Below are positions 7,074 through 16,389 of a stretch of 24,948 nt of DNA, one piece after another. The position numbers and the translations under genes are program-made. Source of the stretch: a virus (Duplodnaviria > Caudoviricetes); IMG/VR virus record IMGVR_UViG_3300007516_000132, positions 1 to 24,948 of that record. One strand, written 5' to 3'. The notes under the pieces were generated by a model. It saw only the letters and a list, made by a program, of their open reading frames with translations, ran no database searches and had not been told where the DNA came from. How positions within the stretch are numbered: position 1 is the stretch's first letter; every line of letters starts with the position of its first letter.

Positions 7074-9761
7074 CTATTGTGTTATTTGCCCAGCAGAACG
7101 ACGGCTCTGCGGAGTTGCTAGATCATCCCACGAATACGAAACAGCCTTACCGCCACGAGTAACGCGGTAGCGAACGCCATTCTTGCCAAAAGCCCACAAC
7201 TCTAGGCCGCCATCATCAGGACGTGTAAACCATTGCCCTCGCGAACGAACCGTATCCGTCCACTCTATCAAAGACTCCGTCCCCTTGCGCGCGCCAGTCA
7301 AATCCTTTGGAACGTCAATGTCGCCCAGGTTATCAAGAGCACGACCAGCACCGCTTTGAATCTTCGAGATGTCCGCATTCTTCGGATAGCGAGCCGTACC
7401 CTCAAACTTGTACTGCCCAAGCAGCATCTCGTTGGCCTGCTCTGCCGCCTTTGACGGGCTCATGCCAGACTGAACAAACTGGTAGGCCAACTTGCGCATC
7501 GCGCCCTCGTAGGCGTTGACCGTGCCAGCAGCCTGCTGGGTCGGCATGGCAATTGTTTTAACAAAGCGCGCCAGGCTTTCCGTCACGGCATCCTTGACAA
7601 CCTTCTGATCAAGCGACTCGATACCCTGAGTAAGATCGGCCTCTTTCACGCGCGCCATCCGCGAGACAGCCTCGCGCGCAGACTGCGTCGGAATGTTTGG
7701 AATGATGAGCAACTCGCCTGAAATCTTGTTCTCTTTCACCAACTGGTCAAACACCTTCGGGAAGAACTCGCCATACTCGGACTCAAGACCTGCAATCAGA
7801 TTGGCGCTATCCTCCGGCTTGGTCGCCTTTATCGCGCGCATGGCAATGTCGTCTGACTGGCGCGGAGTTAGCACAACCGGGATGGCAATGCCCAGGCGGG
7901 TCTGCTCGGCCAGGTTTGACCGGACATAAGCCTGCACCATCAGTGGACGGTCGGCGGGCTGTGTGCTCTTGTCGTCAATCGCTGCAAGCTGACCTTTGAG
8001 CGCCGCGCTGTTACGGGTGGCGTACCCAGCCGGGTCGTCGATGCGTTGCTTTAGCACCTGCTGGGCCGCCTGCGAGCGAATACGTTGGCGCTCGTCCTGC
8101 GCGGCATAGCCAGGGCCGACTACGGGCTCGGAGGATTTGAGTGAACCGATGATTTCGGCCTCAGACTGCGTCTTCATGGCGCTGATGTCGGCCACCATTT
8201 GGCGCGACTGGATCAGCTCGTTCTTGATGCGTGGGAACTCAATACCAAAGGCCGCCTGCAACGTGGCGTCCGGAATATCAGCGCCGACCTTGCCGTCCTT
8301 GTTGGCTGCGATCTCGTCGCGGATCTGACTTTCAACAGAGGCCCGGAACACAGCGCCGTCCTGTTTGATGCGGGTTTCGGCCAGGTTCTGCATGGCGATC
8401 TGCTGCTCGTAGTCCATACCCCGGAACGTGGCTGGCGCTGTTGGCAGGATCTCGACGAGGCCGCTGCCCGGTGGTTTGGCTGGTGCAGCGCCAGACTGAG
8501 AAAGCGCAGTAGGCTCGCCCTTCACAGCCTTTCCAGTCAACACATCTCCCGCCACCTGCGCCAGCATCTGGTCGCTGTACTGCTTCCCAGGCGCGCCCTG
8601 TTCCTGAGTAATCAGAGAACGCGCAAACAACCTAAGCTGTGCCGGATCGCGCAGGTTCATATTGTCATCAGGCCCAAGCCCCATGGAAGCCGCTACATTC
8701 TTGGCCGCAGCAGTGTTGCCAGGAGTCCATCCGCCATTACCGGCAATCAACTGATTCGCCGTGACCTTACCACCGTCGAACTTCTTAAGCGCCAGCTTAT
8801 ACATGGCCGCCACGCCCTCTTCGGGAGATGCGTACACCGCCTGAGAGTCGCCCTGATCTTTATTCTTGGACGGACCAAGCGCATCGCCCTGCTTCGCCCA
8901 TTTGATGTTTGCCGGGTTATTGTTGCGCATCCCAGCAGGAAGGGACTTATCGGTGTCAAGCGTGACCGTCCCATCTGGCGTTACAACCACACCAGACTCA
9001 GTCCCAGGCTGCGCGCCACCAGGACCCATCTGAACAGCGCCATAGCGCCGCTGATACCAAAGCCCAGGGTTAGACTCAAACTCGCCACGCTCGGCGGCCA
9101 GCGACAACTTGCGCTTTCTCAGGTCGAGAATCTTTGCTTTTTCGCCATCATCCAAGTCGGTGCGCCCGATAGTTGTCTCAGCGCCACGACGGAACACCTC
9201 CTCATACCTGCCAGGGTTGTTGAACACCATGTTCTCGTCGGCCTGTTCACCAGCCGCGCTGTCGGCGTTGAGCTTACCGGTCGTGGCCTTTTTCTGGAAA
9301 GTGAACGCAGCCATCTGCAGCCGACTCTCCATCGCTCCGGCCTGCTTGTCGAAAAACTGACGGCCTTTGTCTGTGGTGAACGCGCTGCGCTGTGCATCGC
9401 GCCATTTGCCGAAGTCTTTACCCAAGCCCTCGCTCATCGCCGGGTCGCCGACCTTCCACTTCTCGGCCCTGACGGTCATGTCTTGCTGCCAATGCACATC
9501 ACCAAGCGAGAGCGCATTTGAAACCGTCACGTTGTCGATGTTGTCAGCCTCCCGCTGCGCCTCATCGGCCAGCCTCTTTGCCTCCAGCGCATCCTTCTCG
9601 CGCCGAAAGGCAATGGCATTTAAAATGTCAGTCCCAGCCCGTCCAAGGCCGGACAGCGCGTCGCCAATGGGTGAATTGGCAGACACCGCAGAAGTGGCGC
9701 GCGCCATCGGCAGGTCGCCGGACTGAGAAAACCGTTTTTGATAGGTTGGGATGGTTGCCAT
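7074..9761 (-). CDS. Internal virion (ejection) protein with an embedded lysozyme-like domain
   Basis: 895 aa, MATIPTY start typical of the middle ejection protein, mostly helical. Contains GMRNNNPANIK...YASPEEGVAAM...ITQEQG (~8560-8950), a motif set seen in virion-associated peptidoglycan hydrolase-like domains. Confidence 0.75.
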   Translation of the reverse strand: MATIPTYQKRFSQSGDLPMARATSAVSANSPIGDALSGLGRAGTDILNAIAFRREKDALEAKRLADEAQREADNIDNVTVSNALSLGDVHWQQDMTVRAEKWKVGDPAMSEGLGKDFGKWRDAQRSAFTTDKGRQFFDKQAGAMESRLQMAAFTFQKKATTGKLNADSAAGEQADENMVFNNPGRYEEVFRRGAETTIGRTDLDDGEKAKILDLRKRKLSLAAERGEFESNPGLWYQRRYGAVQMGPGGAQPGTESGVVVTPDGTVTLDTDKSLPAGMRNNNPANIKWAKQGDALGPSKNKDQGDSQAVYASPEEGVAAMYKLALKKFDGGKVTANQLIAGNGGWTPGNTAAAKNVAASMGLGPDDNMNLRDPAQLRLFARSLITQEQGAPGKQYSDQMLAQVAGDVLTGKAVKGEPTALSQSGAAPAKPPGSGLVEILPTAPATFRGMDYEQQIAMQNLAETRIKQDGAVFRASVESQIRDEIAANKDGKVGADIPDATLQAAFGIEFPRIKNELIQSRQMVADISAMKTQSEAEIIGSLKSSEPVVGPGYAAQDERQRIRSQAAQQVLKQRIDDPAGYATRNSAALKGQLAAIDDKSTQPADRPLMVQAYVRSNLAEQTRLGIAIPVVLTPRQSDDIAMRAIKATKPEDSANLIAGLESEYGEFFPKVFDQLVKENKISGELLIIPNIPTQSAREAVSRMARVKEADLTQGIESLDQKVVKDAVTESLARFVKTIAMPTQQAAGTVNAYEGAMRKLAYQFVQSGMSPSKAAEQANEMLLGQYKFEGTARYPKNADISKIQSGAGRALDNLGDIDVPKDLTGARKGTESLIEWTDTVRSRGQWFTRPDDGGLELWAFGKNGVRYRVTRGGKAVSYSWDDLATPQSRRSAGQITQ

Positions 9762-9763
9762 AG

Positions 9764-10261
9764 TTAGCCCTTTGCCTTAATTGCCGCCTGACCCTTGTAG
9801 TAAGTGATGCCAGCACTCATCAAAGACCCAGCAGCACTCAGATACCCGGCCTGCTGCGCGGCTCGGCCCTGCTGCCTTTGTGTCACCGCATTGGCCCGGC
9901 CCAACATAGCCGACTCATTCAACCCCGCCGCGCGCGTCGCGCCCTCGTAGCGAATGTCGGCGCTGTCGGACTCCATATTGAAGAACGACTCGCGCAGGAG
10001 GTCGGCATTCAAACCAGCACCAGCACCAGCGCTACTCGCCAATTGCATGCCAATGGTGGCGCGCGCCGCTTGTCGCTGCCGATCTTCCTGCACACCAGCC
10101 ACACGGGAGGCCTCCGTGGCCTTCATAACGTCAACCTTGGCGTTGTAATCGGCGACATTGGCCTGCGATTCAGCCGCAGCCTTTGCTTGATTGCCGGACG
10201 AGATTGCACCAGCTGCAGATGTTGCTGCCGCGATCATCATCCATGTGACTGGATCAGCCAT
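9764..10261 (-). CDS. Small internal virion protein (T7 gp14-like position)
   Basis: Start moved to ATG 10261 (MADPVTWMMIAAATSAAGAISSG), which overlaps the upstream stop. Ala/Gly/Gln-rich with hydrophobic ends, as for the smallest podovirus ejection protein. Confidence 0.78.
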   Translation of the reverse strand: MADPVTWMMIAAATSAAGAISSGNQAKAAAESQANVADYNAKVDVMKATEASRVAGVQEDRQRQAARATIGMQLASSAGAGAGLNADLLRESFFNMESDSADIRYEGATRAAGLNESAMLGRANAVTQRQQGRAAQQAGYLSAAGSLMSAGITYYKGQAAIKAKG

Positions 10262-10688
10262 TTTTAATCCTTGCGTAAAGGTGAAAGTCAACCCCGGTCG
10301 GACTGAAAGACCGCATCAGCCCTTCATGCTCCATACCCAGAAGCTTTGCCCAGCGATGGCCAGGCGCAAAACCGTCCTCTACTTGAGACTCGATTCTATT
10401 CCATGGAGCCTGAGAAAAAAACCCCATCGCAGCACGATGGATGCCGCGGAAGTGGGGACCGGCCTGTTGCGACAACAATGCCCAAGCCATTGCGCGATTC
10501 GCCCAAATCTCATGCACCCCAGCGCAACCGATGACCTTCCCATCAGCGATACCAGTAAAGCAATACTGGCTCGCCTCAATTCGCCGCCCATAATCAGGGT
10601 CGCTGAACTCGGAATGAAAATAGCGCTGCGCATCCTGCAAGACCAGATCGTCAAGATGCTCGGCGCGAAACTTGATCACAGCCATCAT
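10254..10688 (-). CDS. GNAT-fold acetyltransferase-like virion assembly protein
   Basis: Start moved to ATG 10688 (ATGA overlap with tail tube B stop). DGKVIGCAG...AWALLS...RIESQV...GHRWAKLLGMEHEGLMR is GNAT-like. The position between tail tube B and the ejection proteins is conserved in this phage type. Confidence 0.72.
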   Translation of the reverse strand: MMAVIKFRAEHLDDLVLQDAQRYFHSEFSDPDYGRRIEASQYCFTGIADGKVIGCAGVHEIWANRAMAWALLSQQAGPHFRGIHRAAMGFFSQAPWNRIESQVEDGFAPGHRWAKLLGMEHEGLMRSFSPTGVDFHLYARIKNG

Positions 10689-12910
10689 CGAGAATCCTGA
10701 GTAACAACCTGTGGATAAATCCCAACCAGGGTCGCCGCCGTCGGCTGGTCGTTCTTGAACATCAGATACGCATCGGTGTTGTAGGCATCTGGCCACGGCA
10801 GCACCTTGTCGCCGCTGAACAGAGGAACGGCCTGATCCATCGGCATGGCAGAGGTGCGCAGTTGCAGCGTATCAAGCAGGGACTCATCAGCGCCGTAGCG
10901 CCCGCCGCCTGTGTCCAGGAAACGCATGACAACCTTGTGAGTGCGCTTTGTCTTGCCCTGACTTGTCCCGTCCGCGCCACCAGCCTCAAGCCGCATCGAG
11001 CGATACTTGCACGGGCACGGCAAGCCAACGTGAACAATGGTGGCAGCCGCCTGCAAGGTGATCGCACCAGCCGTGACAACTCGCTGCGGGTGAGGCGCGC
11101 CGTTTGTCAGAACATCGACGGTCATGCCCTCGAGGTGACTCAGGCCGGAGATGCTCGTCACTGCAACACCGTTGTAGCTCAGGCCGGAATCGACGTAGAA
11201 GGACGATGCCTGCGTGTCGCCAGTGCGCCATGGCCGCTCCATGTATTCGACGTACCGCTTGGTCGCGCCGTTGATGGTACGCTTCACCACCAGCCAGAGC
11301 TCGTTCCTGTCACCCTCTGCGGCAGGCATCACCCCAACGGATTCGACCACGCCAGCGCCGCCAATCGGATGACGATGCCAGCCGCGCACCTCTTGCTCGT
11401 TGCTCCAGGTGAACCCGATCAGCGCGCCATCAGCCCGGATGCACCAGACAATCGGGGTCGGCTCTTGGGCAAACGCCATCTGGGTCAGCCCGGACCGGGT
11501 AATGTGCTCGGCCAGAATCGTCGTGTCACTGCCGGAATACTTGAAATTCAGCGAGTCGTAGGACACCTCGCGCGCCTTCAGACCAGCGCGCTGGATGAAC
11601 ATCAGCGAAGCGCCGTTCTTGATCGGGAGGATGGCCCGCGAACCGTAACCAGAAATCAGCTTGACTTGCACATTGCCTGGACCGATAGGGTCGCCGTTCG
11701 TCAGCTCGCCGATGGTGAACTCGCCGCCAGCCGTGCCGCAGATCAACTCCTCATCACCGGACATCCACTGCACATCGTTGATCTTTCCAGACACCAGCGT
11801 CACGCTTATAGCCATGTCGGACGTGACCTGCCCTTTGTTCTTTGGATGGAAGTCGGTGAAGTCGGCGGCAACAGAGCCCCACACCGACTGCTTTCGGCCA
11901 AACCACAGGCGCTCCCGGAAGAACGCAACATCAGACGGCCAGCCGTTTACCGTTGACCACTCTCCAAACGCCCAGCGGGTCGTGGCATTTCCGACCGCCA
12001 CAACTTGCGACGGCAGCCGGTCAATAACCGTAGCAGACACCGTCGTGGTGTTGGTGTACGCGGTGATCTTGACGTACCCATAACCAGGGTCGCGGAATTG
12101 CCACTGAACACCCACATCGCCATCTAGCAGAGCGCCCTCATCATGTACCGGCCGATTCGTTCCCGTTGTCGCGCCATTAAGCGCCTCGTAGGTTTTGCCA
12201 TCAGAGCGCCGACGATCACCAGCAGTGATGACCTTGCTCACCTCCCATGCAGGAATCGCGTTAACGTTCTTAGATTCGAGATAGAACAGGCCGCCAACCA
12301 TCCCAGCAGAGAAGATGCCGACACTCGATATCAGCGTCACAGACCCGGTCTCAGCACTTGCATAAACCGTGGTCGCGGTATCGTTGAGAATCTTCCACGG
12401 CCCACCAGTCGCCTCGTACAAGTCCATGACAAACGCCACCGCACTGGTGCGCTTGAGCGTGCGAGGCTGGTACAGCGAATGCGTGATGTAGAGGAAGTCG
12501 CCAGATTGAGTGAAGCGCAGACGCGGCGTGCCGTCTGCGTTGTAAAGATCAGCCTCGGTGTAAGGCGTGACGACCTCCAGCGGAACACCAGGCCCGGACT
12601 CAAGAATGCCGCGCACCTTTGTCACCGAGTCCCAAGTGTAAAACCGCACGTACAGGTCGCCGAACTCCAACATGTACGCTTGATCGATGGAGAACTCGAA
12701 TGGCTGCAGCAGAACCTTCTTGGCGCTATCTTTTACCTCCTTCACAAACCGCATGCCACCCCGGCGCACCAGCGGACCCTGCACAGTCGGCAGGAAGTTC
12801 TCAAGAATGGAAGCGCCAGAGGGATATTTTGCGAAATCAACCCGCGCGCCCAGCATCGGCGAGAGCTCGCCAGCGTTAAGGTTCGAAATTGAAGGTGATG
12901 CCTTGCTCAT
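10685..12910 (-). CDS. Tail tubular protein B / nozzle
   Basis: 741 aa; N-terminal NLNAGELSPML.AR.D...Y......LENF.PTVQGPLVRRGG, GWPSDVAFFRERLWFG and GWHRH, typical of the beta-propeller nozzle of P22 gp10/T7 gp12-type tails. Confidence 0.88.
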   Translation of the reverse strand: MSKASPSISNLNAGELSPMLGARVDFAKYPSGASILENFLPTVQGPLVRRGGMRFVKEVKDSAKKVLLQPFEFSIDQAYMLEFGDLYVRFYTWDSVTKVRGILESGPGVPLEVVTPYTEADLYNADGTPRLRFTQSGDFLYITHSLYQPRTLKRTSAVAFVMDLYEATGGPWKILNDTATTVYASAETGSVTLISSVGIFSAGMVGGLFYLESKNVNAIPAWEVSKVITAGDRRRSDGKTYEALNGATTGTNRPVHDEGALLDGDVGVQWQFRDPGYGYVKITAYTNTTTVSATVIDRLPSQVVAVGNATTRWAFGEWSTVNGWPSDVAFFRERLWFGRKQSVWGSVAADFTDFHPKNKGQVTSDMAISVTLVSGKINDVQWMSGDEELICGTAGGEFTIGELTNGDPIGPGNVQVKLISGYGSRAILPIKNGASLMFIQRAGLKAREVSYDSLNFKYSGSDTTILAEHITRSGLTQMAFAQEPTPIVWCIRADGALIGFTWSNEQEVRGWHRHPIGGAGVVESVGVMPAAEGDRNELWLVVKRTINGATKRYVEYMERPWRTGDTQASSFYVDSGLSYNGVAVTSISGLSHLEGMTVDVLTNGAPHPQRVVTAGAITLQAAATIVHVGLPCPCKYRSMRLEAGGADGTSQGKTKRTHKVVMRFLDTGGGRYGADESLLDTLQLRTSAMPMDQAVPLFSGDKVLPWPDAYNTDAYLMFKNDQPTAATLVGIYPQVVTQDSR

Positions 12911-12912
12911 GA

Positions 12913-13551
12913 TCAGTATCCAGATGGATAAGACTGATTCGGACCGGCCGTCGTCCCGTAATTCTCGCCCTCGCGCGAGTCAAGCCAAGAGCCCCACGGC
13001 AACTCGTCCGGCGGGCCTTCGATAGCATCCTGCTGGACCGCCTCTGACATGGCGAACTTGTACTCTTCAGCAGCCCGCGCCCGTTTGGTCTCGGATTGCG
13101 TCAGCGTCTCAGCCGCCTCAATCGCCAACTTGCACGCGAACACCTCGTCGAACAGAGGGTCATGCATAGCAGGATTGTCGACGCGCGAGATGTAGCGAAT
13201 TTTCAGTGGCGCAGCATAGTCGGTCAGGATAATGCCAGCCTCCAGGGCATACGGTCCCTTCTGTTTGGCTCCTGAGCGCAGGTAGAAATCTCCGATCTGC
13301 ACCAGCGCCAAGAAATCGGACGGCACAGGGTACTGATAGGTGTAGCCCCAGGCTGGAGCGTCCACCAGTGCCGGTAGGCTGGACCTCTTCATGGCGAACT
13401 TCCAGCGGTAGCGACGCAGCTCTTGGTCGAGCACCGTGTCGTACAGGCCGTTCATGACCCGCGCAGCTTGAGTGTCGTCGGTCAGCAACAGGATGCTGCC
13501 AGCGCCTAGCTTGCGAAGCGCCGCATTGGCAATTGAAACCTTGCTGCCCAT
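12913..13551 (-). CDS. Tail tubular protein A / head-tail adaptor
   Basis: 212 aa; SKVSIANAALRKLGA...WKFA...WGYTYQYPVPSDFL...DPLF...LA motifs; directly upstream of tail tube B. Confidence 0.85.
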   Translation of the reverse strand: MGSKVSIANAALRKLGAGSILLLTDDTQAARVMNGLYDTVLDQELRRYRWKFAMKRSSLPALVDAPAWGYTYQYPVPSDFLALVQIGDFYLRSGAKQKGPYALEAGIILTDYAAPLKIRYISRVDNPAMHDPLFDEVFACKLAIEAAETLTQSETKRARAAEEYKFAMSEAVQQDAIEGPPDELPWGSWLDSREGENYGTTAGPNQSYPSGY

Positions 13552-13589
13552 GATGACCCCTTAAATTGTGGCTATTTTATAGCACAAAC

Positions 13590-13619
13590 AAAAAAAATGG
13601 GCGCTAAAAAACGCCCATT
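13590..13619 (-). terminator. Rho-independent terminator after the capsid module
   Basis: Minus strand AATGGGCG-ttttttag-CGCCCATT (8-bp stem) running into a T tract, 20 nt after the stop of the 56-aa ORF. Confidence 0.85.
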
Positions 13620-13638
13620 GTTCTATGCACTCAGGCCG

Positions 13639-13809
13639 TCACACCTCGTTCGACTTGTCCTTGACCTGAAGCACACGACGCGCAGGCTTCTCCGGATCGG
13701 CCTTGACAGGCTCAAACCAGGAGGCCGAAGCGCCCGAAGGCACCTCGAACTCTTCGCCTATTTCGCGCAGGCTACCGAGGTAGCCCTTATCCGTAGCCTT
13801 GACCAGCAT
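13639..13809 (-). CDS. Small hypothetical protein (56 aa) after capsid cement gene
   Basis: Below the ORF-track cutoff. MLVKATDKGYLGSLREIGEEFEVPSGASASWFEPVKADPEKPARRVLQVKDKSNEV*. TAATG overlap with the upstream stop, followed by a terminator. Confidence 0.75.
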   Translation of the reverse strand: MLVKATDKGYLGSLREIGEEFEVPSGASASWFEPVKADPEKPARRVLQVKDKSNEV

Positions 13810-14231
13810 TAGGAGATGCTAGTTGGGTACGTGGTATTCGCCTGCACATCCTTGGCGAGATACGAGCTGGCCGTACCACCAGTGGACGTAGCGCCCGTGG
13901 TTTTGTACGCCACGCGCAGGTAACGACGCAGACCAAGCGGCAGGCGCATCTTGGCGAGTGGCGTATTGACGAGAGCAGCAGCCAGTGCGATGACCGGCCC
14001 ACCCATCACGTCAGCAAAGCTCGAATTATCGGCCGAGTCTTGCAACACCGCCTGAATGGACGAGCCAGCACCAGCCAGAGCCGTGTCCAGCTTCGAGAAC
14101 AGGTACAACTCCTCCCCAGCACCAACATCGGCAGCAGCGCCGGTGTCGTAAACATCGGTCGAAACGACCGTGCCAACAACACCAGAGATGGCCTGGCCGT
14201 TGCTAAAACGCTCTTGTGAATCGAGAATCAT
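13809..14231 (-). CDS. Capsid cement/decoration protein, Bbp16-like
   Basis: 140 aa beta-rich protein (MILDSQERFS.GQAI...STDVYD...LQDSADNSSF...RRYLRVAY) immediately downstream of the major capsid gene; RBS AAGGAG. Confidence 0.8.
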   Translation of the reverse strand: MILDSQERFSNGQAISGVVGTVVSTDVYDTGAAADVGAGEELYLFSKLDTALAGAGSSIQAVLQDSADNSSFADVMGGPVIALAAALVNTPLAKMRLPLGLRRYLRVAYKTTGATSTGGTASSYLAKDVQANTTYPTSIS

Positions 14232-14258
14232 GATTTACTCCTTGTGGATGTGAGATGA

Positions 14259-15308
14259 TTAAGAGACAGTGGCTTCTGTGCTCAGGAGGCGGTCAACCGT
14301 GCGAACGGGAACGCCCAGGAAGGTCGTGGTTCCATTGCCGACAGAGCCAGGCGAGACAGTCCCAAACTGGTTGATGGCAGGTTGGACGGCCAGAGCAGCA
14401 TTGCTCTTATCCAGAGCAGCAACACCCAAGTACTCTTTCAGAGTACGGTTGCCGTAGAACACTGGCTTGCACATTCCCATCGCAGGGATGCGGGCCATGG
14501 CGCGGATCATGCACTTGATCAAGGCGGTCGAGGCGGTCGGAGCCTGCGTGCCGGACTGAGCGATCAGATCGGACACGTCGATGTTGGCGATACGAACCGC
14601 ATAGCGCCAGTCACGCACCGTCAAACCACAGTCCCAGTTCCACAGATCGGCGAAGGCACGATAGCGCGCATTGTCCGAGTCAAAGGCATCGATCTCGCCG
14701 AGGTCTTTGTGCTGCAAGCCGCCCTGCATGCCTTTCGGGAAGATGCCCGAAATGGTGTTCTCGCCCCAGCCGACCAGCCACATCGAAGCATTGTCGGAGC
14801 CTGAGCCACCGGCATTGATGATGTTCTTGGAGCTTGGAGTACCAGAACTCAGGGTGTTGAAGCGCGGAGCCAGGCCAGTGAAGCGCTCGGGGTTGACCGA
14901 CACATCGCCGTAGAACAGCGATTCGCAGAAGGTCTGGTTCATGCCTTCAATTTCAGCCAGCGCCTCGGACGCGCGGAATGCGGCCGTGTTGCCATTCAGA
15001 GCGGCGATCTTGATGTCGATCTCGTTCCGGGCCTCGAGCATGCCGCAAGTGTCGACAACTTGAGCGCGCAGCGACTTGGTGGGCTGCGTGCCCTTGTAGG
15101 CCAGGCGCCAGGTGGCAGAAGGAATACCAGTACGAACGGTCGTCTGGTGACCGGTGGGCAGATTGCCCTCGATAAACAGCATATCGTTCAGAACTTCGTT
15201 GCTCTGATTGAGCAACTCAATGACCGCAGCGGTCGAGCCGTTGGGGTCAATGGACTTGGCAAAATCGGTCAGAGTGACCGCGCCCGCTTTGGTTGGAAGG
15301 GTAGCCAT
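14259..15308 (-). CDS. Major capsid protein (BPP-1 Bbp17 / epsilon15-like, HK97 fold)
   Basis: 349 aa; IELLNQSNEVLNDMLFIEGNLPTGHQTTVRTGIP, FTGLAPRF, WDCGLTVRDWRYAVRIANID and FLGVPVR.VD.LL.TEA are characteristic of this capsid family. Confidence 0.93.
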   Translation of the reverse strand: MATLPTKAGAVTLTDFAKSIDPNGSTAAVIELLNQSNEVLNDMLFIEGNLPTGHQTTVRTGIPSATWRLAYKGTQPTKSLRAQVVDTCGMLEARNEIDIKIAALNGNTAAFRASEALAEIEGMNQTFCESLFYGDVSVNPERFTGLAPRFNTLSSGTPSSKNIINAGGSGSDNASMWLVGWGENTISGIFPKGMQGGLQHKDLGEIDAFDSDNARYRAFADLWNWDCGLTVRDWRYAVRIANIDVSDLIAQSGTQAPTASTALIKCMIRAMARIPAMGMCKPVFYGNRTLKEYLGVAALDKSNAALAVQPAINQFGTVSPGSVGNGTTTFLGVPVRTVDRLLSTEATVS

Positions 15309-15393
15309 AAAATAATGCTCCGTTAAGTTAAGGGTTGGTCTCTCTCATCGTCATTGAATTCTACCCATTACAGGAGAATGCAATACTGTTTGG

Positions 15394-15422
15394 ACTATAA
15401 CGCAATTTCTTTGTTGCGTCAA
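15394..15422 (-). promoter_or_regulatory. Sigma70-type promoter for the capsid operon with an overlapping inverted repeat
   Basis: Minus strand TTGACG (15417-15422), 17-nt spacer, TATAGT (15394-15399). The inverted repeat ACGCAA-N8-TTGCGT (15400-15419) covers the spacer and part of the -35. Confidence 0.72.
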
Positions 15423-15431
15423 AGCCACAAA

Positions 15432-16118
15432 TTAAGTTTGTCGGCCGTACAATTTCTCTGCAATTGACATTGGAGTAGCGCCTGGACCGCCATCACCAAG
15501 GCCAGCAGCACCGCCGTCTGCAAGTCCTTTGCCAATACCGTGGAAGAACTTGATCGTCTCCTTGTAGCCTAGCACGTTTTCGATTGCAGCAATCACGGAG
15601 CCCTTCTGCTCGTTGTCGCCGGGCACAAATTGAGCAATCCCGCGCTTGGCGTGCTCCATATTTTCAGCATTGTTCACGCCCCACTCGTTTGTCAGAGCAG
15701 CCGCCTCGGCGGTGTTCTTGGAATGAGCGGCCACATCGGCTGCAGCCTGCGCCTCATTCTGCGCCGTCTGGTTGCTGGCCTGCATCGTGTTCCAATCAGC
15801 AGCCAGACCCTTTGCCTGCTCGGCGCTCAGGCCGTGCTTGTGCATCATGGGCTTCATGATCGCCGCGAACTTGCCATCGTCGCCCTCTGGCAGCGGCAGC
15901 TCGTAGGCCTCGGCAGTCTCAGGACGGCCAACAGCCTTGTAAAAATCATTCCAGGCTTCCGGCGTTGCATCCTTGCCGGGCATCTTGAACGATGTGGCTT
16001 CAATGGGAGCCGCAGGAGCGTCACCCAGCAGCGAGGTCGCTGTGATTGGTGCAGCAGGAGCCGCAGGCGCGACAGGCGCGACCGTAGTCGCAGGAGCTTC
16101 AAGTGTGTCAGTTGTCAT
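15432..16118 (-). CDS. Capsid scaffolding/assembly protein
   Basis: 228 aa; Ala/Pro-rich N-terminus, WNDFYKAVGRPE..E.YEL, HGLSAEQAKGL, EWG and a C-terminal AEKLYG; located between portal and capsid genes. Confidence 0.8.
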   Translation of the reverse strand: MTTDTLEAPATTVAPVAPAAPAAPITATSLLGDAPAAPIEATSFKMPGKDATPEAWNDFYKAVGRPETAEAYELPLPEGDDGKFAAIMKPMMHKHGLSAEQAKGLAADWNTMQASNQTAQNEAQAAADVAAHSKNTAEAAALTNEWGVNNAENMEHAKRGIAQFVPGDNEQKGSVIAAIENVLGYKETIKFFHGIGKGLADGGAAGLGDGGPGATPMSIAEKLYGRQT

Positions 16119-16389
16119 GATCCATCTCTTTCATTTGTTGTAAAGCACTATCGGATAAATTCAGCGTTGCCAGCAAGCGAAGATACACCTCGCGCCGACC
16201 CTCTGCCACCATGGTCGCATGGGTGTCGATGTGCCCATCCTTGCCGACCACAATGCACGAGCTCTCGGCCCGACAGAACTCTTTGAGATCGTCGAGAACC
16301 GTCTTGACCAGCGGAGCCTCGCGCCGCTCCAAGCGAAACACGGAGCGGTACGCCTGCCTGAGATTCCACCAGCGTGTGTATTGGCTCAC
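16108..16389 (-). CDS. Bbp19-like small phage protein
   Basis: YRSVF...VLDDLKEFC...D.HAT...EGRREVYLR...LNL pattern. Start reassigned to GTG 16389, which forms a GTGA overlap with the stop of the 60-aa membrane ORF. Confidence 0.72.
   Translation of the reverse strand: MSQYTRWWNLRQAYRSVFRLERREAPLVKTVLDDLKEFCRAESSCIVVGKDGHIDTHATMVAEGRREVYLRLLATLNLSDSALQQMKEMDHDN

Noticed and set aside
13787-14002. Alternative-frame ORF suggesting a frameshift extension of the cement protein
   Set aside because: No slippery sequence was seen; the TAATG overlap is simply explained by translational coupling to the 56-aa ORF.
13560-15436. AGCCACAATTTAAG (13560-13573, -) and AGCCACAAATTAAG (15423-15436, +) flanking the capsid module in inverted orientation
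   Set aside because: Only a 13/14 match in AT-rich DNA, one copy includes the scaffold stop codon, and no recombinase is present; insufficient evidence for an invertible segment.
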